DNA of 64,000 nt, from the NCBI RefSeq assembly GCF_031769215.1, contig NW_026782466.1, forward strand, positions 558,001-622,000. Reading direction: 5' to 3'. A model generated the notes under the pieces. It made no database searches. It worked only from the letters and a program-made list of their open reading frames with translations, and was not told where the DNA came from. Both the position numbers and the translations under genes were made by a program. Below, in pieces: positions 1 to 9,800 of this stretch. How positions within the stretch are numbered: position 1 is the first letter of the stretch; every line of letters starts with the position of its first letter. This DNA comes from Ylistrum balloti (lineage: Eukaryota).

Positions 1-708
1 GTCCAACATAGAATATCAGACATTGATCAATACTTGCATATTAAGCTTAGGCGGTGAATCGCTTTACCACAACACCGTCATTTAGAATTTAATGTCATAT
101 TTGGAAATGTATACATCTGTAATAAGTTATGAAAGGTTTATATCATACAGTACAGCTATCTAGTGTTCTTGAATATTGCTTTGGTTAGTATAGTCGGATA
201 GCAAATTTAGCAGTGAGGTAGTGTAAAGTTACCCTCTTCAGAACCAGTGGTGTATCCTGTACTAAGGCATAGAAGTAACAAATTCCAGTCAGGAAGATGA
301 CAGAGAAAACATTATATGAGAGAAAGAATTGAAGTCCCCATCTAAATCCACCTATTAAAACAAATTCAAGACATGAAGGGTTTACAACTCACTTTTAAAG
401 ATATATCAAATTGATATAAGCTTATACAATACTACAGCATTGCTGATTTTATAAAATACAAAACTGTTGGTCCTTGGCAAAAGGAGACAATAACAGCCAT
501 TCAGAGAAAACATGTTTTGCATGAATGTGGGGGAGGGCGTTTGTGTGTGGGGATGCTCGATTGTGAACTGGAATGTGTGCCAACTGAAAGTTTGTGATAA
601 CTACCAGTTAATAGTAAAATAAATAAATAAAACATCTCAGGATTTATAACATTGTACTTTGTTTTTTTTTATAAACTGTTACTGTATATGTACCAGTCTT
701 ATTTCACT

Positions 709-878
709 TCATAAATCTACACTGTTTTTATTTTCTTGTTTTACTTTGAAAAATATTTCATTGGTCAGATCAACATTCTCAACACAGATTTTTGTAAAAT
801 CCTGAAGTTGTTTGGGGGTAGCTCTACTTCTGCTTTCTGTAAACTTCAAATCTTCTTGCAGCAATAATTCCACTGGAC
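709..878 (-). CDS. Likely terminal DDE exon PVELLLQEDLKFTESRSRATPKQLQDFTKICVENVDLTNEIFFK(VKQENKNSVDL*)
   Basis: gctataacag acceptor in phase 1, with 55 open codons to TGA at 709-711 (an alternative donor at 744 is possible). PVEL aligns with the NPIEL motif that carries the catalytic Glu. Confidence 0.62.
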
Positions 879-3800
879 CTGTTATAGCAGTACTGGCAGT
901 GAACTATTAGTGCATATGTCTTGATTGTTTTCAACAAGTTTCCATCAAAAACAATGTAAAAATTTAATTTTTAAACAAATTTTCATTTCAATGACATCAT
1001 TAAAACTAAAGAAATTTGAAATGTCTCTCAATTCAGATGGCAGGAATCTTGGATTTTGCCGCGACCAAAAAAAAACATCTGTTGGGGACCATCTTAGAAA
1101 AAATTTAAACTAAATCCTACAAGTGTAACTTCAAAGGATGTTAAAAGCTTACACACAGTAGACGACAACACATGAAACAAGATGACTCCAAACACATGTT
1201 CTAAAATCTCAGTGATAACAAACAGAAGTAAGAGTCTTCTTTTAATTTGTATTTAATATGACTGTATAACAGTTAACACGTACAGTAATAACAGATATGT
1301 AAACATATACAATGTATTTTAACATTCACATGCCTTAGAGTTCATGTAAAAAGCCTATCCATGTAAAACAAATACAAATACTGTTTAAATTTTCATTGAT
1401 CTAAAGAAAAACTTGATTAAAATTAAAGATGGACAGCCTACCGTATATTTTCCCAAGTGACCAAAAAAATTAACGAGTAGTGCCTATGGTACAATAGCCT
1501 GTCTCATATTGTTCTTTGCTTAAACTAAAACTAGCATTAGGGTGGGGTTTCACCAACTGGAATCTATATCCCAATATACTGATATTTAAACAGGAAATAT
1601 GGTCTTCAAAAATTTGGTTCAAAAATGTTTGAAGAAAAAACAAATCTGACTTTTTTCTTAAAATTCATTTATAACTTCAGATTTTACATAAAAAAAGTCA
1701 GAAGTCCAAAATGTAATAATATAAAAACTATAAAAAAAAAAACCCAAAAAAACCATCTAGACTTTTTTCTGAAAAATTATTTATTCTGACTCCTATAAAT
1801 AATAGAAGCCACATAGCTACCCCCAAACTAAATGAGTTTATAAAGAAATTTAATGATGCCTTTCACCACTTAACATTTAGAAACCAACACTGAAGCTGGC
1901 ACTAATGTGACAAAATAAGCTCCCCACTCCTTTTGAGAGGCAAGTTAAAAATGAAGTAAACTCCATGTCTGGTACAGCACAAAATACATCCAACATGACA
2001 AAAAACCATTATAGGCTTCTTACAGTCCAAGACTTAAGTCAGTATGCTACCTTACAGTCCCAGACTTAAGTCAGTATGCTACCTTTCAGTCTCAGACTTA
2101 AGTCGAAATGCTACCTTATAGTCTCAGACTTAAGTCGGCATGCTACCTTAAAGTCAGTATGCTACCTTACAGTCTCAGACTTAAGTTGGTATGCTACCTT
2201 ACAGTCTCAAACTTAAGTCAGCATGCTACCTTACAGTCTCAGGCTTAAGTCGGTAATCTACCTTACAGTCTCTGACTTAAGTCGGTATGCTACCTTACAG
2301 TCTCAGACTTCAGGCAGCATGCTTCCTTTTAATCTTACTTAAATTGTGTTGTATGTACTATCATTTCTACAATTTACACTAATTGACTTTTATTACAAGA
2401 ATTGTAAAAGGTGAAACTATTCATTTGTGGCAACATGCACAATTCAGTTGATAATTTGACTTATGACCTTGACTTTGATCAAATGATCATGACCACAAAT
2501 CGTACAACTTGTTACACCACTGTTCAAAGGTAAACATAACAGAAAAACAAAGAGCAAAATAGAAGTTTTGTTAAACAAATGAACAATATGAACAGAACAT
2601 TTAATATAACTACATCATGTAAATACACTTGCACTGACTGTTGACAAGTGTGCCTCTGTCATGTGAATGCTGAGAGAGACACCCTCACCCTAACATACAC
2701 TTGGCATGAACACTTCAGTAGCATAAACAATGTAAATGGTCCCTGCCTGCACTGGACTTCACAAATATCTCACATGATTTCAAAGCAAAAGCATACCCAT
2801 AGGAAATACATTCTCACATTTCATGAGAAAATTTAAGAGCAATTGAAATAGGGAAGAATAAATCCTTATGGCATAAAAACAGAACGGTACTGAACACATC
2901 AAACATGTTTAAAAATTAAGTTTGGCTTTATCTTTTCTGGATTCTTTCAAAATATCCTTGTATACTCTAGTCTGTACAAACATTACATACATTCATCCTC
3001 AGTGTGGTCAATAACTCTCTACACATGCATATCATACTGAGGCTCAGAACACATTGTGAAATACAGAGACCTGTAAATAGGCCTGACTAAACAAATTAAG
3101 TGGAGACATTAAACAAATTTAAGTTGATTCAATGTTAATGACAACTCCAAACCCTTTTTATGCAATCATATAAAATCCAGTATACTGGGATATAAACTCT
3201 CAACTTTGTTAATTTGTGTAAATATTTGTAAATAGGAAGAGTAACGAGAGAGATAATGTCTGCCCTTGCTGTTGTAAATATAGGAAAATCAGCAATCTGG
3301 CCAATTGTTGACTCTAAAAATCATACAGTTATTGTTTCTCTGTACCAAGTGTTCAACGCCAAACTTAAAAATTCAGTGTTGGTCAACATTTGTCTTCATG
3401 CTGTATTTAATACATATTTGTTTGCCAACATGGTTTTTCAAGTGTCTGAGGTTCAAAACAACAGAATGAAGTTTTAAAGAATTTTAACAAGTAATGATAA
3501 AAATGTCTAAGGTAGAATTCATATAAACAAGAGGCCAATAGGGTCTGTGATGCTCACCTGGATATTCAAGCAATTTAGTTATACTACAAAGAATTTCCAA
3601 AAAGAACTTTTCAAGATTTACTTCCAGACCCTCTATCAGGTTCCGGCCTTCAATCCAAAGTGGACAGCCCTTCATTTATACAAAATGGAATTCCCTTGAT
3701 GTAAGGATGTAATATTTAGATAAAACACTTTTATCCCAATGATGAAGGACTAAAGATTTACCTATAATTTCCTAGGGTACATAGACTCAACATTTATACA

Positions 3801-6800
3801 AAATCAATTTTCCGCACAAGGATGCCTCGGACCAAAACTCATCCAGTTATCACAAACTCAAAGTGATCTAAAGATAAGCAGAAGAAAAGTTGCACTCAAT
3901 GGAATAAGGGCATCTCCAAATGTTCCTGTAGATGGAGTTAATTCCATAAGACTCTCTTCATACACCCACAGCTGTATGCAAGTATGTTTACATTTCAGCA
4001 TCTCCATCAAATTGACTTCAAGACACATATCTACACTTGAGTATCTTTACATTTCAGCATCTCCACCAAATTTACTTCAAGACACATGTCTTCACTTGAG
4101 TATGTTTACATTTCAGCACATCCCTAAGACACACTTCATATCACACATCTAGATGTGTGTACATTATAATGTTATAGAACCTCCACAAGACTTACTGCAT
4201 ACAACACATGTCTAGATGTGAATACTGTCACATTTCAGCATCTCTACTTAATTTACTTCATATCACAAGACACTTCATAACACACTTCTAGATGTGTGAA
4301 TGTAATAATGTTATAGCACCTTGACACGACTCACTGCATACAATTCATGTCCAGATGTGAATACAGTTACATTTCAGCAACTCCACAAGACTTTCTTCTT
4401 CATGTCTACGATATGAGTACTTCGACATTACTCAAAATTTGTATACACAACTCTCCCACTAATAGGTCAATTCATCTCCATTATGTTTATTGCACACATC
4501 TCCCACTCTGAGTACGAATTTTTCAAAATTACCAGTCACTGTCTGAAAAAGTTTCATCATTCTCAAGATTCTTAGTATACTAAATGTATAACTGTTTATT
4601 GTAATGGAGTTAAGAAGATTATTCACATGATCCTAATTAGAATGTAAATCAAGGTTCATCAAGGTGTACACAGTCAGGTATTTGAGGTGCTCATGTGTTT
4701 CTCACCAATTTGATAACTTCAGGTTTTTTATGCACTACCTGAAACAGAAACATAATACATACTAAAATTTAAAAGAACGTACTTGTTATGTTTTTATCAC
4801 TGACAGGGGCCGACCTTTTGTAACAAAATGTTATTTAATTTGAGGCTTTGTCTTAAAGAGATGTTACAGATTGTCAACCTGTTAATAATATTTTCTTAAA
4901 AATTCACATATTCAGTTCCGATTAGTTTTATTAAACTCATTAATTTTCTTTCTGTCAGGGCTCGACATAACTGTTTGGATTACGAACCTAGCAGGTGACA
5001 AACAAAACCTGTCTTGCTGAATGATCATGTCGCTTACCAAATACATTGCCATCAACATTACACAATTTCTATTTCTACCTTTTTGTTATCACTGGATATC
5101 TCGTAAACAAAGGAAAGCTCTTTGTTTAACTAACAGCAAAATTTACAATAATCAGAAGAGGAGATCTATTGGTGAAAAGTGGATAGCTCCAGGTCTTGAG
5201 AGTCTGTATGGTTCACAACATCTTATCAGACTTTTCACTAAATGATATTCATGGATAATTGTGTTTCCACTAGAGGAGGATTTCTAATACCGCTGTGTTT
5301 GTGCCTTCCTCTTATACTCACACAGAACCAGGAGCCCTGTGGTTATAATACATTCAAACTTATTCGACACAAGAAATTAAGAAATAGATTGATTGTATAT
5401 ACATTGTAAATTTTAATGAATACTTACTACAGATTTTTTCTCAAGTTCCAAATCAAATATGTGTGTATTTCTTGTTCTGAAAGAGTCAATAAACAAAAAT
5501 AAAGAAAACGTGTTTAACCATCATCAAAATCAATAATTCCTAGCTACCAAAAAAAATCAGTATACATCTCTCCAATGCCTTCCTTCAGCTGTTAAGTGAT
5601 GTATAAAGTTTGTTTCAAGACATGGGGGCTTGGCCCAACGATCAAGAAACAGTTTTTAAATATAACATCTAGGTACAAGCTGTAATACTTCTGTTTAAAA
5701 CAAGATCAGTTTTTGAGAAAGTAAAATAAGCAGTTTATAAGAGGACCGTTCCAATGAATGCAACATTTTATGACCAACAGGTTGGATAAGTTTGAGTGAA
5801 TTAGTTACCCAGCTATCACTGACAGTATTCAGATAAGATGCATGTGTCAAGAACATGATGTGTTGCTAACATGCTTCAAACTTACTGATATCCAAGTTTT
5901 CGAAGAGTTCGTCCAAGCACAACCTGTGATATGCTTAGTGCTGGATATTTCATTCTAAGAGCAGACCTTACATTCACTGTAGTAAAATTCACTTTCTTTT
6001 TCTCCAAATCCTCTAGAACATCTATAATGGCATCTTCTGTCGAGTTGCCTGATTCTGCCTGTGTTTTTTTTACTTCACCTCCGACACAACCTGATATTTT
6101 AATTACACAAAATCTATTAAAGGAAAACACTGAAGATAATCAATGTACAAGAAGGGTTTCTTGGTGGTATGAAAAATTTGAACAAAATTGTGAACAATGT
6201 GAGCAAAAGAATGGCTGATTAGTGGTACAGAAAAAATTGCAGACAACCTGTGTACAAGAAAGGCTGCATAGTTGTATGGGATAAAATTATGGACACCATG
6301 CGTACAAGAAAGGCTGATAAGTGGTATAGGAAAAAAATTGAGGACAACCTGTGTACAAGAACAGTTGATTAGCGACAAGGAAAAAATCGTAGAAAACCTG
6401 TGTACAAGAAAGGCCGATATGTGGTATGGAAAAAAAATTGTGGACAACTTGATGTTATACACTGTGGAGAAATTCTTATTTAAGTTAGTTATTCAGTTCA
6501 TAAATATCTCATGCACAATTTAAGGATGGACACAATGACAAAGTGATCACCATACCCAATATACAAAGTCAGGTTCATAATCAACAAAGAATGTGTTTGT
6601 ATGGAATTAATTACAGAGTGCTACACTACTACACCCTACCAAAAGGAACTTCAATCCAAAATCTGGAATTGTGACAAGTTTTTCTATCTTACTCTTTCAT
6701 CTCAAGAGATCTTCTGTTATTGGTAAGTGTAGTTGATACAGTATATTAGAAATGATCGATATTCGTTCATATGTAATCTATTCAAACATATCTGAAATTC

Positions 6801-9800
6801 CCTATTATAGAAAAATACAAGTTTAATTTTAGAGTAATAGATTTGAAGTTATTCTTCAAAGTTCAATGAAAAACGAACAGATTATTCATTATCATATCAG
6901 CCCAATACATTTTGTGTGGGGCGAGGCAAGATTTTTTTTAATCTTAATACATTTTACCAGAAAAATAACTCACGTTTAATAGCTATTTCTTTTTCGTTCA
7001 CAAGACCTAATTTCTTCCTCAATGTTCGAGTTGGCATACCTAAAACAGATAAAATGTATCAGTTTAATTTTATCAAGAGATATTTCAAGAATTCAGAAAT
7101 ATTATGGAAAGTATACTTAGAATTTGAAGTTAATAATACTTTTGTCTAATTTGTAATTTACCAGATGCTTCACTTAATCTCTTCATGGGGTTATTCAAGT
7201 TACTGACAGCGCCTGCTCTCTCCTCATTTTGAAAATACTGGAATACATTTTGCAACAGGGACTCCACCTGTACAACATGAAAAACACATCAAAGTTTTCA
7301 AAAGACACTACAAAATATGATTACAACCTTATTAAATGTGTTATATCTAGAAAGAAACACATTTTGATATTATACATAATGTCTATACATGTAGTTGTCG
7401 TTAAATTTGGATATTTTAAAATTAAGTAATGTCTTGTTTCCCTTCTTCCCTGGTCTTATTGAAAAATGAAACCAGTATTTCCTACAAAACACACCATTAA
7501 CAATATACAAACTATTCATCATTTTAAAGGAGTTGCTTGACTGAATATTCTGTGATCTATTAACTAAGTTGAGTTTTCTTTGCTTGATTCTTGCATAATG
7601 ACTGCCCCACACCCAGGTCAAATCTACCATATTTTAACCAAAAAAAGCTACAATCATATTCAGCTCATTCACGATATGTATTTAAATCATGAATGTCAAT
7701 TTAAGACGGCCACTGGGCCTGCATCGCTCACCTGTTTGTTAATTGACATGAAGTTGTGTAACATTAAAAGGTGACTGAACAAGTTACAACAACCTGTTAA
7801 GAATTTAAAACAGTTTACCTTCTGATGTTGAAAGTTTAACAAGGTTGTACAGTTGAACAAATTTGGAAACCATCATATCTTTAAGGTTTTCTGGTTACTT
7901 AGAATAAGTTGTTATAAATATTTTCAACCTATTTGACCAATGCTGGTTGACAAGGGCATACATTGGAATTAGTAATACTGTAGTGATTTAGTGAAATGAC
8001 ACCATCAGCAAAGCATGAAGATAGGGTTCCCTGTGTGGATAGCAAATCTGAAAGCATGATCATTGACTTCACTTAATAGTACAGTATAAAGGTTTCAATA
8101 GTAATGTTATGGTCCTGGAATTATTTGAAGATTTCAGAGGGAAGACTGGATGGAGTACAAGGCCAATCCTCACTATAAACCAATATATACAATGCATCTG
8201 TTTATCATAAGGTGGAGAATGGGGTAAATTGAGAAAATCACATTGAAAGTGGGTCAAGGTCATTCATTTGAACACACTTGGTAGTCCTTTTTCCCAGTAT
8301 GCTAAAGGCCCAATATCATTACCAATGGCATTTACTTTACCAAGAAGTTGTTTGAAGCTTTTTTAAACGTGTTTGACCCCTGTGACATTGAAAGAGGGTC
8401 AAGGTCATTCATTTAAACAAACTTGGTAGCCCTTCATCCCAGTATGCTGCAGGCCTAATATCAATACCCTTAGCCTATCTGTTACTGAATAGAAGTTGTT
8501 TGAAGATTTTCATACATTTGACCTCTGTGACCTTGAAAGTTGGGTCATGGTCATTAATTTAATCAACTAGATAGCCATTCAGCCCAGCATGTTACAGGCC
8601 CAATATCAGTACCCTGGGCCTTTTCATTATTGAGAAATTGTTTTAAGTGAAAAGTTAACAGACGGACGACACACCTTGACATAATCTCACTTGGCTCTTT
8701 GGGTCAGGTGAACTAGAAATGCAAAATTTCACCCTACTCCATTGGATTGCAGCCATGGAATTTATACAAGTAATTTTAGAGGGAAAAAACTTACAGTAAT
8801 TTCCGCTTTTTCTTTCATCTTCTCTCTGATACGGTTGGCTGTCCGCACAAGGTTTGAATGGATAGATCGACTGCACTCTGTTTCGTCTCCCTCAGCATTG
8901 TCCAGCAACACAGAATTGACTAGGGCTGGACCAGTATCCAAGATGTTTTGTTGGGCCAGCAACTTTACCTGTGTGACAACATTCATGAATGAATTAAAGT
9001 TCTACAAACTTGCCTCAATGAAGTTCATTGAACTATAACATTAGATCTATTTACAACTCTATAACCAGGCTCAATAAACTAATAGTCTTATAACCTGGAA
9101 CTTGAGCCCTTAGTCTGCTGTTAAGACCTATTACCTGATTCCATAAACTTCCAATACTTTTATGGGCACATGTGACTTTTATTCCTATTACATTTATCTT
9201 CAGCTTCAGTTCTTTAACCCTGTTTGCTGACTTTCAGTCTCTAACCTAGTTTGAGGACTATTTAGACTCATTACCTGGTTTGATGACCTTAAGACTTATT
9301 ACCTAGTTTGATGACCTATAGACATATTACCTGGTTTGATGACCTTAAGACTTATTACCTGGTTTGATGACCTTTAGACTTATTACCTAGTTTGATGACC
9401 TATAGACATATTACCTGGTTTGATGCCCTTTTGTCTTATTACCTGCTTGATGACCTTGAGACTTATTACCTGCTTGATGACCTTAAGACTTATTACCTGG
9501 TTTGATGACCTTAAGACTTATTAACAAGTTTGAGGACTATTTAGACTTATTACCTGGTCTGATGACCTTGAGACTTATTACCTGCTTGATGACCTTGAGA
9601 CTTATTACCTGCTTGATGACCTTAAGACTTATTACCTGGTTTGATGCCCTTTTGTCTTATTACCTAGTTTGATGACCTTAAGACTTATTATCTGGTTTGA
9701 TGACCTTAAGACTTATCACCTGGTTTGATGACCTTGAGACTTATTACCTGCTTGATGACCTTAAGACTTATTACCTAGTTTGATGCCCTTTTTTCTTATT

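Noticed and set aside
233-256. 24-nt exon candidate DTPLVLKR
   Set aside because: Splice sites are plausible but there is no motif support; read-through of exon 709-878 to its own stop fits the family C-terminus equally well.
1902-1968. Alternative second-Asp exon HGVYFIFNLPLKRSGELILSH* (resembles VLVIDNAP)
   Set aside because: It ends in an in-frame TAG that works better as the acceptor of exon 1867-1901, and no donor leaves a usable intron. Kept only as an unresolved alternative.
4533-4575. Segment reading ILRMMKLFQTVTG in one frame and YTKNLENDETF in another, both Sailor-like
   Set aside because: Neither frame gives phases compatible with both neighbouring exon candidates, so it cannot be placed.
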